Positions 21,007 through 31,037 of a DNA stretch of 64,000 nucleotides are shown piece after piece. Made by a program: the position numbers and the translations under genes. Each line of letters begins with the position of its first letter. Position 1 is the stretch's first letter. This stretch comes from Planctomycetota bacterium (GTDB taxonomy: Bacteria > Planctomycetota > PLA2 > JAEUHO01). The notes beneath the pieces are model-generated. The model worked only from the letters and a program-made list of their open reading frames with translations. It searched no databases and was not told where the DNA came from. The stretch lies in the NCBI GenBank assembly GCA_965222115.1, contig CBDCTJ010000007.1, positions 1,344,001 through 1,408,000 of the forward strand, given 5' to 3'.

Positions 21007-23307
21007 ATGGCAAGGGCGAGTATTCTATTTTGTGTGACGTTGATACTGAGTGCGTGTGGATCGAGCGATACGGCACTCGATGAAGGGCGTATTGCGGAAA
21101 ATGAAGCCCGGGCTTCTTCTGATTTGGCGTATCCAAATTTTCGAAGTTTGGAGCCATTGCCAACCGCGGCGCAGTCGATCGACGTAGTCATCGATCGAGA
21201 TGGCTACCTACGAATAGACGGCGAACCGGTTTCGCTTGATGCTTTCAACGATCAGCTCGTAAGACGTGTAAAGAACGTCGAACGCGAACACGATGGCGCA
21301 AGTCCCTTGTACGTCGTGCTTCATTTGGATCATGGAACATGCTGGCGAGTCGTTCAGTGGATCATGCAAGTGTGCGTGCGTCGGCCTCAGTCGCTCTACC
21401 GCATGGTGTTCGCAGGCCGCCAAGACGAGACGCAGCGAATTGGCGGCATCAGACTCGATCTCCCCAAAGACGGCAGGGTCCATCCACACTTCCCCGAAGA
21501 GTATCCATCGACGCAGCTTAAGTTCTTTGCACGCGCTGGCGAGATGGCTGACGCGAGTCATGCGGCTGCGTACTTGAGATTCCGGCGCGCGGTGTACGCC
21601 CTTGCGATTCGGAAACGGAAAGCCTATGAGGCCACAGGCAAGTCATGGTCGAGCGGGTTGACCGAGTTGATCTCGCCGCCTCTCGATGAGGGGCTTGTAC
21701 GAACGGGATACGTCTTGCAGGCGCTCGATGCCTTGCGATGGGCGGGGTACGGTGGAATCGTGTTTGAAGGACGAGCGTTCCCAGTCCCAGCAAAGCCAAA
21801 CGACGATGACGAAAAGGCGTCCAATTACTTAGGCAATCCGCGTACAGATGCACACGCATTCGCGCGTTATGCGCGCTCCCACGAAGACAATCACGTGTTG
21901 CTTAAGTTTGACGGCGAATACGCACTGCACTCGAAGGATGCGAATGGGCCGTCGCTTTCGAAGCGTTCGCTGATGGTGGATCCTCATGCGTTGAACGATG
22001 AAGAGCACGGCCCGAATCCTGTCGATGAACCAGAAGTCGAGCTGGACGATCCCGAAGAGAGTGTAGCGGTTACGCTCGATGGTGATTCTGTCGTTGATAG
22101 TTCAGTCGGACAAGCTCACAGTTATCGCCCGTTGGGCAGGTGGGTGTATCCATACGGCGCATTTCCCATGGGCGCGTTTCACTCACGTGAGGAGGCATCC
22201 TCAAGTCGATACTGCAAGCAAATCGACAACGCGCTTCGTTGGTTGGCGGCGCATCAGAGTGCAAATGGTGGCTGGGAGGCAGCAAATTTTGGAAAGTGGT
22301 GTGACGGCAAGTTGGTCGAAAGCGTAGACGAGAAAGCGGTTGGCGCCGGCAAACCCGCGTACGACGTCGGCGTTTCGGGACTTGCGCTGTGTGCGTTTTT
22401 GGGCGCTGGGTACACGAATCGCGGGAAACACCCGTATGCCCGCGTGATCGGCAGGGGACTGCGCAGCCTAAAGAAGATGCAAGATGCCGAAGGCTGTTTC
22501 GGCCCTCGAAGACCGGAACGATATCGCTACAACCACGCAGCATGTTCCCTCGCCATGGTCGAGGCGTACGGCATGACGCGAAGCGCGATCTATAGGTCAA
22601 GCGCTCAGAAGTCGCTCGACTATATCAAGCAGTGTCGTAACCCTCATGCTGCATGGTCGTATGGCATGCCGCCGTTTCGTAGCGATACGTCAACCACGGC
22701 GTGGATGGTCGCGGTTCTTCATAGTGCCGGCCGCCTGAATGGATACATGAAACGACGTGGACGTTCGGAGCCGTTAGAGATTGATGACGGCGCGCTCAAG
22801 GGAGTGCGGAAGTGGCTTGATAAAGTGACGGACGCCGAAACCGGTCGGGTCAAGTATCGTGTTGGTCTCTCAAGTGACGTACGGCCGCAAGAAAAGGCGT
22901 TTTCGCCGGACAAGACGGAGGCGACAACCGCCATCGGTATTCTCGCTCGCATCTACTCGGGTGAAGATCCGCGCAAGAGTGCAGTTATCAAGCATGGCAC
23001 GGCACTATGCCTCAAGAAGCTCCCGCGCTGGGACGCAAAGGGCAGTTCGGTGGAGGTCTACTATTGGTATTTCGCAACGCTTGCCATGTATCAGTTGGGC
23101 GGTGACAACTGGGGGACATGGAGCGTTGCGCTGGAGAAAGCACTGCTCCCCAATCAGCGAAATGACACCACCCATTGTGAGTTCAAAGGCTCCTGGAATC
23201 CCATCGGACCGTGGGGTGCCGATGGCGGGCGGGTGTATAGCACCGCGATGTTGGCGATGTGTCTTCAGGCGGCGTATCGGTACAGGCGGGTGTTTGCGAG
23301 GAAGTAG
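21007..23307 (+). CDS. Lipoprotein fusing an ExbD-like domain to a prenyltransferase/squalene oxidase repeat domain
   Basis: Lipobox LSAC. ExbD-like 'V.IDRDG.L.IDGEPV...V.L..D....W..V..IM..C'. The C-terminal half is closely similar to 17970..19571. Confidence 0.75.
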   Translation: MARASILFCVTLILSACGSSDTALDEGRIAENEARASSDLAYPNFRSLEPLPTAAQSIDVVIDRDGYLRIDGEPVSLDAFNDQLVRRVKNVEREHDGASPLYVVLHLDHGTCWRVVQWIMQVCVRRPQSLYRMVFAGRQDETQRIGGIRLDLPKDGRVHPHFPEEYPSTQLKFFARAGEMADASHAAAYLRFRRAVYALAIRKRKAYEATGKSWSSGLTELISPPLDEGLVRTGYVLQALDALRWAGYGGIVFEGRAFPVPAKPNDDDEKASNYLGNPRTDAHAFARYARSHEDNHVLLKFDGEYALHSKDANGPSLSKRSLMVDPHALNDEEHGPNPVDEPEVELDDPEESVAVTLDGDSVVDSSVGQAHSYRPLGRWVYPYGAFPMGAFHSREEASSSRYCKQIDNALRWLAAHQSANGGWEAANFGKWCDGKLVESVDEKAVGAGKPAYDVGVSGLALCAFLGAGYTNRGKHPYARVIGRGLRSLKKMQDAEGCFGPRRPERYRYNHAACSLAMVEAYGMTRSAIYRSSAQKSLDYIKQCRNPHAAWSYGMPPFRSDTSTTAWMVAVLHSAGRLNGYMKRRGRSEPLEIDDGALKGVRKWLDKVTDAETGRVKYRVGLSSDVRPQEKAFSPDKTEATTAIGILARIYSGEDPRKSAVIKHGTALCLKKLPRWDAKGSSVEVYYWYFATLAMYQLGGDNWGTWSVALEKALLPNQRNDTTHCEFKGSWNPIGPWGADGGRVYSTAMLAMCLQAAYRYRRVFARK

Positions 23308-23334
23308 CCCGCCGCTACCTCTATCATTCCCTGC

Positions 23335-23763
23335 GTGAATAACGAATCCAGTGACTGGCGGGCGGGCGATCATCGAGCGGCCTGGCAACGAGTGTTTCGG
23401 CGACTTCATGGCATGGATCCGCAGCGACGAGGTGACCTTGATCGATTTCGATTCGACATCGTTGATGTAGGTGACGACGGCGCGGATCTAGTCGTGCACG
23501 CCCGCTTTCGTAATGGTAAGCGTTACTGTTGCTATGACCCCGTCTGCAACTTTCGATCACTGTGGCGTGAGTGGGAGTCGTTTCGGGTTGCAATGGCGGA
23601 AGAATGTCTGGATCACTTGGCGCCCGTTAGAATTCTTGAGTGGCGGGTGACCGTGGAAGAAGGGGCTATGTTTGACCTCGGTGTTAGGGAATCAAAGCCC
23701 AGAATTATCGATGCACCATTTTGCTATAGGGCAGGGCCGTACCTAGAACCGGAACATGAGTGA
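23335..23763 (+). CDS. Hypothetical protein
   Basis: 142-aa ORF with TATCAT 7 nt before the GTG; co-oriented with its neighbours. Confidence 0.55.
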   Translation: MNNESSDWRAGDHRAAWQRVFRRLHGMDPQRRGDLDRFRFDIVDVGDDGADLVVHARFRNGKRYCCYDPVCNFRSLWREWESFRVAMAEECLDHLAPVRILEWRVTVEEGAMFDLGVRESKPRIIDAPFCYRAGPYLEPEHE

Positions 23764-23783
23764 TTTGGCTGCGCCAGCGCGTT

Positions 23784-24059
23784 CTACCGCTGCCGTATGC
23801 GCCGTTCGATGACTTGGATGACCTTTCGAGTGGCCGGGTATTTGTGGCCGCGATGCGCGAGTACTTGTGCCTCTTTTTCGCTTGAGAGTTGGATCCATCT
23901 AAGGCCATCGGACGCTTCCTTGGTTATGGCAGCATCCTCGTGGTCCAAGAACGAGATGAGCTTTGTTCGAACACCTTCCAGATCGCCTCGATAGCAAAGC
24001 GCGGCACATGCTCGGCAGCGAAGAAGATCGTCGGGATCGTCTAGTGCGGCTTCAAGCAC
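23784..24059 (-). CDS. Possible HEAT-repeat fragment
   Basis: 'LEAALDDPD..LRCRA..AL' and 'L..FLDHED..I..EA..GL' HEAT-like units; probably truncated. Confidence 0.35.
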   Translation of the reverse strand: MLEAALDDPDDLLRCRACAALCYRGDLEGVRTKLISFLDHEDAAITKEASDGLRWIQLSSEKEAQVLAHRGHKYPATRKVIQVIERRIRQR

Positions 24060-24118
24060 GGCGACACAGTCACCCGCGAGCTCTGCATGATCGCCGCGGT
24101 TGGTCTAGACTGGCGACA

Positions 24119-24469
24119 GTGAGTCCCGCGAATAATCAAACCACCCATGATCGATCGAAGAGGCGCGCGCCGATTCGTAGGCGCAAATCGGTGCGAGAGT
24201 TGGTGGACGAGGAGAGCCAGAGAGAGGGCTCAGACCTCGGGCTGTTGGACGACTGGATCGCTTGGATGCCAGAGCTTTGCACTGTTCTCCTGGCACTCCT
24301 TGGCGTAGTCGCCTGGGGACCTCGCTTATGGGAGAACGTGTGGTACTTGTCGATTTACTTCACGATCGCGCTTGGCGTGCTTTGGTACCAGTGGGCTACA
24401 CGCAAGCGGCTACGAGAACGACTACACGCACGCCGTCAGGCGATGAGGAAACGACGGGCGAAACAATAG
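24119..24469 (+). CDS. Small two-TM membrane protein
   Basis: Two hydrophobic helices and a basic tail; TAGACT 7 nt before GTG 24119. Confidence 0.55.
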   Translation: MSPANNQTTHDRSKRRAPIRRRKSVRELVDEESQREGSDLGLLDDWIAWMPELCTVLLALLGVVAWGPRLWENVWYLSIYFTIALGVLWYQWATRKRLRERLHARRQAMRKRRAKQ

Positions 24470-24558
24470 TGCTCGCGTGATTTCGCGCTAGGAGGTACAT
24501 CGGCGTGCCTGGCACCGATGCGTATGTGTTGCTCGTTTGCGTTGTCGTTTTTCGTGCG

Positions 24559-24819
24559 TTACATGCTTGCGATTTGGCGGGCGAGGCGGGCCTTTTTGTT
24601 GGCGGCGTTGTTGGCGTGGATCACGTTGTGGCCGGCGGCTTTGTCGATGCTGCTGAAGGCGACGGGAAGCAATGATTCGGCGCGCTTCTTGTCGCCGGCC
24701 TCAATGGCCTCTCGGACTTGACGCATGGTGCCGCGCATGCGGGAGCGGCGTTCCTTGTTGCGGAAAGCACGGCCGACATCCTGGCGGAGGCGTTTTTTGG
24801 AGGAAGCGTTGTTGGGCAT
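24559..24819 (-). CDS. rpsT: 30S ribosomal protein S20
   Basis: MPN..SSKKRLRQ...N..RRSRMR..., IDKAA...VIH.N.AA.KKARL. Confidence 0.97.
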   Translation of the reverse strand: MPNNASSKKRLRQDVGRAFRNKERRSRMRGTMRQVREAIEAGDKKRAESLLPVAFSSIDKAAGHNVIHANNAANKKARLARQIASM

Positions 24820-24962
24820 GGGGCAGTCCTACGAATCGTGAGCGCAGGCGGAGCCTGCGGCAGCGGGGAACCGTAGCCGGGATCGCGGTCTTGGGCGCCT
24901 TTTTTTGGCGGTCTGAAGCATGCCAGACCGTCCTTCGGGTCCGGGATGCCAGGGGCTGCGGG

Positions 24963-26300
24963 TTATGAAAGAGCGCTCAGACGCTCCAATACGTCGCGAT
25001 AGCTGGCGTCTTCTTCGACGATGCTCTCGAAGATCTTACGGGCCTGGTCGTTGTCACCCTTGCGCTGGAGCAGGTCGGCGTAGTCGTAGTTGACTTCCTT
25101 GGCCTTGGGGCTGGTGAGCGTGGGGAAGCTTTCGGCGGCCTCCTCCAGCTTCTTCACAGCGAGCGTGAGGATGTTCTTACTTTCGAAGCATCGCGCTTGG
25201 TACTGGAGGCTCTGGACCTTGATATTCGGATCACGGACCGTCTGCTGGAACTCGGCCAGCGCTTCATCGACACGCCCGGCCTGAAGCAGCCACTGCCCGA
25301 GGCGATAGCGTTCGGCAAGATCCAACGGATGCTCGGCCACGCGACGCGCGTACTCTTTGATTGAGGCCTCGGTGAGCGTGTTCATCGCCGTTTCATAGGC
25401 CGATCTCAACGACGCGTCTTCGGGACTCGCGGTCATGGCCTTGCGAGCGGTACTTGCTGCTGTCTTCAATGGACGCAACTTAAGATCACCCAGGCGAACA
25501 CCCAAGTCGTAATTGTTGGGTTCAATCTCGAGCGCTTTCTCAAGACTTGCTACCGCCTCGTCTTCTTGACCACGCTGCAACTGCAACTCATGCAATCTCA
25601 CATACAGGCGAGGATTGGTCGCATCCTCTGCAATTTGCGCCTGCATCTTTGTAATTTCATCGGCTGCGTGTTCCGGCGTGAGTTGCATGCGCGATTCGGA
25701 TTCGAGGTCCTTGGCGGCTTGCTTGTCCTTAATCAACTCGCGGCTCGAACCCGCAGTCTCGTACCCAGAAATCTTTAGCGCACCCTCTGCAGCCAAGTTC
25801 TTGCGCAACTTCAATGCTTCTTGATCGCGGGGCTCAATGCGCACGGCTTCACTGAGCGCATCAAGAGCTTCTTTAATATCGCCCTTGCGACCCAAGGCCT
25901 CGCCCAGGCGCTTCCATGGTTCGTTGTCTTCCGGGTCGGCATCGGCGGCCTGCTTGAACGCGACAACACCCATCTGATAGGCAGCGGCGTCCATCGCGGC
26001 ATTGCCGAGCGCCATCAACGTGGCTTTGTCATCGGGCTTTTTGGCAAGCACGCGCAGGCACGACGCAATGCGTTTCTTGGGATCCCGCGTGGTGCCCGCG
26101 GAGAGCTTGGACAACGCGCCACCGAACAAACTTTTACCGCGCGTCTCGCGATACTTTTTGGCGGCCGTAAAGAAGACCGAAACCGTCTCCTCGTCATTGG
26201 GCGACAAAGAGAGGTACTCCTGGGCGATTTCAATCGCCAGGGGATATTGCTTGCGCCGGAGCGCGTCGCGAGCCTTGGTCTTGAGGTCTTGGATGCCCAT
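24963..26300 (-). CDS. Tetratricopeptide repeat protein
   Basis: Multiple TPR units ending 'Y.DV.ERL'. Confidence 0.85.
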   Translation of the reverse strand: MGIQDLKTKARDALRRKQYPLAIEIAQEYLSLSPNDEETVSVFFTAAKKYRETRGKSLFGGALSKLSAGTTRDPKKRIASCLRVLAKKPDDKATLMALGNAAMDAAAYQMGVVAFKQAADADPEDNEPWKRLGEALGRKGDIKEALDALSEAVRIEPRDQEALKLRKNLAAEGALKISGYETAGSSRELIKDKQAAKDLESESRMQLTPEHAADEITKMQAQIAEDATNPRLYVRLHELQLQRGQEDEAVASLEKALEIEPNNYDLGVRLGDLKLRPLKTAASTARKAMTASPEDASLRSAYETAMNTLTEASIKEYARRVAEHPLDLAERYRLGQWLLQAGRVDEALAEFQQTVRDPNIKVQSLQYQARCFESKNILTLAVKKLEEAAESFPTLTSPKAKEVNYDYADLLQRKGDNDQARKIFESIVEEDASYRDVLERLSALS

Positions 26301-26480
26301 GGGCGCTCCCTTGTTGTCATATAGAACGTCGGATCTTACAGACCCGCAGCCGGGCGGTCTATGCGGCGTCGCCTTCTCATTCGAACTGGATACTCAGCTT
26401 CCACAAATTGCGTCCACGGTTTGCGGGTGGCGGTCCGAAACCCGACGCGAGCCGTTTCCCGGGCCAGTACCATTTCAGCG

Positions 26481-27032
26481 ATGCAACTCGACCTCGTCCT
26501 ATGGCCCGATCCGATTCTCGCCGAACCCACCGCGCCCGTAGGCGAGGTCGGTGAGGACACACGCAAAATCGTGGCCGAAATGCGACGCATTATGTTTGAG
26601 CATCGTGGCGTGGGATTGGCGGGCCCACAAGTCGGCATCGGCCGCCAGATCATGTTGGTGTGTCCCACTGGAGAGATGGGCGACGAGACCGTGGTATTGG
26701 ATCCCGAGATTTTGTCCGCCAAAGGAAACGAGTCGGGCGACGAAGGCTGTTTGAGTCTGCCAGGCATTTACGTCCCCGTGGAGCGCGCCACGTCGATTCA
26801 GGTGCGCTATCGCGACATCAACGGTCGTACCCGCGAAACCAATCTTGAAGGCTTCCCGGCGCGCGTGTTTCAGCATGAGTACGACCATCTGCAGGGAACG
26901 ATGATCCTTGATCGTATGCCGAAGGATCCACCCAAGGACGTTGCGCGACAGATTCAAGCGCTCAAGGATGCCTACGCCGACGTGCAAGACAGTGCACCCA
27001 ACAGCAATCCGCCCAACGGTAGTACGGACTAA
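26481..27032 (+). CDS. def: Peptide deformylase
   Basis: GVGLAGPQVG, EGCLS and QHEYDHL motifs. Confidence 0.97.
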   Translation: MQLDLVLWPDPILAEPTAPVGEVGEDTRKIVAEMRRIMFEHRGVGLAGPQVGIGRQIMLVCPTGEMGDETVVLDPEILSAKGNESGDEGCLSLPGIYVPVERATSIQVRYRDINGRTRETNLEGFPARVFQHEYDHLQGTMILDRMPKDPPKDVARQIQALKDAYADVQDSAPNSNPPNGSTD

Positions 27033-27035
27033 CGC

Positions 27036-27980
27036 GTGCGCATCTATGACGGGCTCGACGGCCTAGCGCCCAACGACTTTCGAAATGCCGTTGTCACCAT
27101 TGGCATGTTCGACGGACTGCATCGCGGCCATCAACACGTGCTCGCGTGTCTGACTGCGCAGGCGCAACAAGTGAAGGGCGAGTCGGTGGTCGTGTCGTTC
27201 GACACGCATCCAATGGCTGTTATTACCGGAGCGCCGCCACGACCGATTCTCTCTCGGCCCCTTCGATTGCGACTCTTGGATGCGCACGGCGTAGACGCCA
27301 CGCTCTTGTTGGCGTTTGACGAGACCATGCGCGCGATGAGCCATGAATCATTTGTGCGCGACATCTTGGTGAATCGCATTGGACTTCGTGGACTCGTGTT
27401 TGGCTACAACAGCAATTTCGGATTCGGCGGCCAGGGTACGCCGATCACCGTACGACCATTGGCCGAGAAACACGGATTTACGATATACGAGGCGCCCGCG
27501 GTCGATGTAGAGGATCGGCCCATTTCGAGCACACGCATTCGCGAAGCGATCGTGCTGGGTGAACTGGATGGAGCCGCGGATATGCTCGGTCGGCCCGTGT
27601 CTGTGATGGGTGCAGTCGTTCGTGGGGATGGTCGCGGGCGCACGCTTGGATTTCCTACGGCGAATATCGACGTGGGTTCAGTGGTCTTGCCGCCGAAGGG
27701 CGTATACCGCGTCGATGTAGAGATTGATGGTGCCGAGCACGATTCTGTTGCCAAGTATCAGGCGGTGGCCAACCTCGGAGAGCGGCCCACGTTCAAAGAG
27801 ACAACAACCGGTGGGCGTCCCGTGTTAGAAGTTCACATTCCCGGAGCGAGTCTTGATCTCTACGACAGGCTCGCGCTCGTCACCTTTCATTCAAAGATCC
27901 GTGACGAACAGAAGTTTGCGTCGGTCGATGAACTGCGCGCGCAGATCGAGCGCGATATTCGATCGCTATCCGTATGCTAG
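27036..27980 (+). CDS. ribF: Bifunctional riboflavin kinase/FAD synthetase
   Basis: IG.FDGLHRGH, ISSTRIR, GRTLGFPTAN, RPTF, EVH and R.EQKF motifs. Confidence 0.97.
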   Translation: MRIYDGLDGLAPNDFRNAVVTIGMFDGLHRGHQHVLACLTAQAQQVKGESVVVSFDTHPMAVITGAPPRPILSRPLRLRLLDAHGVDATLLLAFDETMRAMSHESFVRDILVNRIGLRGLVFGYNSNFGFGGQGTPITVRPLAEKHGFTIYEAPAVDVEDRPISSTRIREAIVLGELDGAADMLGRPVSVMGAVVRGDGRGRTLGFPTANIDVGSVVLPPKGVYRVDVEIDGAEHDSVAKYQAVANLGERPTFKETTTGGRPVLEVHIPGASLDLYDRLALVTFHSKIRDEQKFASVDELRAQIERDIRSLSVC

Positions 27981-28073
27981 AGATACGAGGCGAGTCGACG
28001 CGTACGATTCACTTTCCTAGTCCGGACTAGCGAAATGGCAGTTGGCGCACGCCCCATTAATGGACATAAGAGA

Positions 28074-28149
28074 TGGTGGCTAGGCCCGGATTTGAACCGG
28101 GGACCCCTTGATTTTCAGTCAAGTGCTCTACCAACTGAGCTACCTAGCC
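28074..28149 (-). tRNA. tRNA-Phe (GAA)
   Basis: Reverse complement GGCTAGGTAGCTCAGTTGGTAGAGCACTTGACTGAAAATCAAGGGGTCCCCGGTTCAAATCCGGGCCTAGCCACCA: 76 nt cloverleaf, GAA anticodon, encoded CCA. Confidence 0.98.
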
Positions 28150-28560
28150 TTGATGTCCGAACTTCGCAAAAGCGAACACGCAGATGGGCACAATCGCAAG
28201 GAGATTCCGGAGCGCCACAAGATCCCAAGTAGGCGCCCGATGCCACGGGCGAGCTTGGCGAAATTGGTGGTGTATACTGGACCGCGTTGTGAGTCGATTG
28301 CCCCGGTATGCGCCCGGGCCGGTATCGGCATCACAGTGACGCGATTCATTTCAACCTTGTTTCCCCTGTTTCGAATTTCAGAATCGACGATTCAATCTGC
28401 CAACCCGTAGTTTGCGGTGCCCTGCTGAGATAGGACGGTACCGCAAACTCAACCCATATGGACTCAATCCAATTGGCCGCAGCCGTTTGTGAGGCGTCGG
28501 GCCGTGATCGTCGAATACTGAAATTGCGAGTTCCCACATCATCATTAGGAGTGCCAAAGC

Positions 28561-29166
28561 ATGTCTGACACTGGTGACGAATCGCCTGCACCACAGCAAC
28601 GGGCCGACCAGCAACGAGCATTGATTTCCTTGTCCATCGGCGACGCAAAGTTGCGCGTGGAAGGCCCCGAGGATCTCGTGGAGCGGACCATCGCGTCGTA
28701 CCTGCCCACACTCCAGCGGCTCATCAATGAACACGGTGGCGATGAGCAAGCCGGTGACGACGCCAAGCCCGAGCGTATGCCATTGGGCATGGCCATCACC
28801 GCGGACGCAGCGACTGATAGCAACGGTGCCGCGTCCAAGTTCGACACGCCCATGGAACGGCTCAAGCACTGGTATACCGAGCAGATCGTTCATCCCGAGG
28901 GCAAACGCGGGTTCGTACAAGATCACGTATTGCTATTCACCTACTTTACGACCGACGTCTTACGCCGTGCGTCCGCAGCCACCGCCGATATTCGCCGCTG
29001 CTTTGAAACGCTCGACTTACGCGTGCCCAACATTCCCGTAATGGTCTACAACCTAAAGGCCAAAGGACAGCTTCGGCCCGCGGAGCAATATGCCTCCTAC
29101 CACTTGACCGACGCGGGCCGTGGCTACATCGAGGATCGCTTCAGCCTCGTTCGAAAGATCCACTAG
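28561..29166 (+). CDS. Hypothetical protein with probable C-terminal winged helix
   Basis: AGGAG RBS; C-terminus 'Y.LT..G..Y' is typical of a wHTH wing. Confidence 0.65.
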   Translation: MSDTGDESPAPQQRADQQRALISLSIGDAKLRVEGPEDLVERTIASYLPTLQRLINEHGGDEQAGDDAKPERMPLGMAITADAATDSNGAASKFDTPMERLKHWYTEQIVHPEGKRGFVQDHVLLFTYFTTDVLRRASAATADIRRCFETLDLRVPNIPVMVYNLKAKGQLRPAEQYASYHLTDAGRGYIEDRFSLVRKIH

Positions 29167-29194
29167 CGCCCCACGCGTCACACGGATCACGCAC

Positions 29195-29476
29195 TCAAAC
29201 GATGTCCAACTCGTGCTCAATGAGTAGGGCTTCGGGATGCATGCGAAGCCCATCGAGAATCGTCGTGACGATGTCGCGTGCGTGCGAATAGTCACCACTC
29301 ACCGACGAAAAGCCGAGTTCGGCGATCTTGTGAACGTCATTCTCACCAACTTCGGCAGCGGCCACCCGGTACCGGCTGCGCGCGCGATCAAGAATCGAAC
29401 GCACGACTTGGCGCTTGTCCTTGAGCGAGCGCGCGTTGGGAATATGAAGGCGGACGAATAGGCAACCGACGTGCAT
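29195..29476 (-). CDS. DUF503 (YlxP-like) protein
   Basis: 'L.IP.ARSLKDKRQVV.SI..R.R..Y.VA.AEV...D' signature. Confidence 0.9.
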   Translation of the reverse strand: MHVGCLFVRLHIPNARSLKDKRQVVRSILDRARSRYRVAAAEVGENDVHKIAELGFSSVSGDYSHARDIVTTILDGLRMHPEALLIEHELDIV

Positions 29477-29536
29477 GGAAGCGATCGTAGCGCAGTACGT
29501 TGCCATTCTGCGAATCCTCTCGCTACACTTCCACCC

Positions 29537-30436
29537 ATGTCGTATTCACTCGACGACAAACTTGTCGTGGGCGTTTCCACGCGCGCGCTCTTCAACCTGG
29601 ATGCAGCGCATCGGGTCTTTGAGGAACAGGGCGTGGAGGCCTACACCGACTACCAGGTCAAGCACGCGCGCGTGCCGTTGGAGCCCGGGACCGGATTTTC
29701 ACTGGTCAAAGGCCTGCTGCGAATCAACGAGTTGGTGGGGGAGCCCATCGTCGAGGTTGTGGTGATCTCGCGCAATAGCGCCGATACGGGCCTGCGCACG
29801 CGCCACAGCATCAAGGCGTTGGAGCTTCCTATTACACGCGCGGCATTCACCCGTGGACGACCGGTTGCCGACTACCTCGAAGCGTTTTCGTGCGATCTGT
29901 TTCTCTCCGCCAATGACGACGACGTGCGCCTCGCACTCCAAGCCGGGTTCGCTGCCGGCAAGATTCTGCCCGTGTCATCCGATGCACCCCTGGCACCGGA
30001 AGAAGAAGTGCGTATCGCGTTCGATGGCGATGCCGTACTGTTTTCGGCGGCCAGTGAGGAGATCTTTCAGCGCGAGGGACTTGACGCATTCCAGGCCCAT
30101 GAGGAAGCCAAGAGCGACGTGCCGATGGAAGCCGGGCCGTTCATGGGGTTCCTGGTTGCCTTGTGTGCGATCCAAGCGCGTTTCGATCCCGAGGCCTGCC
30201 CCATTCGTACATGCCTCATCACGGCGCGCGATGCCGTCAGTCATGAACGCGTGGTCAATACATTGCGCGCTCTTGGCGTTCGAATTGATGAGTACTTCTT
30301 CTTAGGCGGCGTGAAAAAGGCGCCCATCGTCAAAGCCTTTCGCCCGCACATCTTTTTCGACGACCAACTGGTCCACGCCAAGCCCGCCTCCGAAGTCGCC
30401 CCGTCGGCGCAAGTGCCGAGAAGTGGCGAAGCGTAG
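29537..30436 (+). CDS. 5'-nucleotidase (HAD-like)
   Basis: LVVG.S.RALF, ISRNS.DTGLR, RIAFDGDAVLF, ITAR and PHIFFDDQ motifs. Confidence 0.93.
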   Translation: MSYSLDDKLVVGVSTRALFNLDAAHRVFEEQGVEAYTDYQVKHARVPLEPGTGFSLVKGLLRINELVGEPIVEVVVISRNSADTGLRTRHSIKALELPITRAAFTRGRPVADYLEAFSCDLFLSANDDDVRLALQAGFAAGKILPVSSDAPLAPEEEVRIAFDGDAVLFSAASEEIFQREGLDAFQAHEEAKSDVPMEAGPFMGFLVALCAIQARFDPEACPIRTCLITARDAVSHERVVNTLRALGVRIDEYFFLGGVKKAPIVKAFRPHIFFDDQLVHAKPASEVAPSAQVPRSGEA

Positions 30437-30502
30437 GGTCGTGCCACTTGGCGGGTGCGTTTGTGGTTGGTTGTTGTGCGCTCTTTGGAGTTAAGAGGCT
30501 CT

Positions 30503-30556
30503 CACCAAGGGCACCAAGGGCACCAAGGGCACCAAGGGCACCAAGTTCACCAAGAG
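30503..30556 (+). repeat. 9-bp tandem repeat (CACCAAGGG) x6
   Basis: Four perfect and two variant units in intergenic DNA. Confidence 0.9.
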
Positions 30557-30888
30557 CGGCTGGAGGATGTGAGATTTCCGGCATTGCGTTGGTGCCTGTG
30601 GCGGGACGAGAAGAAGAGCGCGCGCAGAGGCGCAGAGCGCAAGCGTCGATGAACGCGAATCGTGTGAATGAGGAACGATTCGCAAGCACGTCGTTTAAAA
30701 AATGGGCACACGAAGACACTAAGACTCTAAGGCGCAAGCGTTGGGGAACGCGTCTTGGCGGGGCGCGTACCTTCCGTGGCGGGACGTGGAATGACGAATG
30801 GGCTCTCACCAAGCGCTGCTCGTGAGTTGGGAGTTGCGTTCAATGGAGCGGTAAATTGCGCATGGCTCCGAGGGAGACACAGTTGATA

Positions 30889-30975
30889 GCGAAGGGTGAG
30901 CGAAGCGAACCCTGTGATAGCGGCGCTACACCCTGGGTTCATTCCCCCTCATAAGATCTCGCCCTGAATGGGCGG
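30889..30975. repeat. REP-like palindromic element
   Basis: AGGGTGAGCGAAGCGAACCCT and CGCCCTGAATGGGCG hairpins. Confidence 0.5.
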
Positions 30976-31037
30976 CAGAATGTTGCCTCGCCCACAACGT
31001 TCCCAGTTGTACCTCATCTCGCATGTAGCCTATTCTC

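Noticed and set aside
23784-24296. In-frame TAG (24105-24107) joining two minus-strand ORFs, as possible read-through
   Set aside because: The upstream part overlaps a better plus-strand membrane gene and looks non-coding; there is no motif or structural support, unlike the UGA at 48381.
28074-28560. tRNA-Phe as an integration site
   Set aside because: No integrase, and I saw no duplicated tRNA 3' end; the 3' side abuts ribF.
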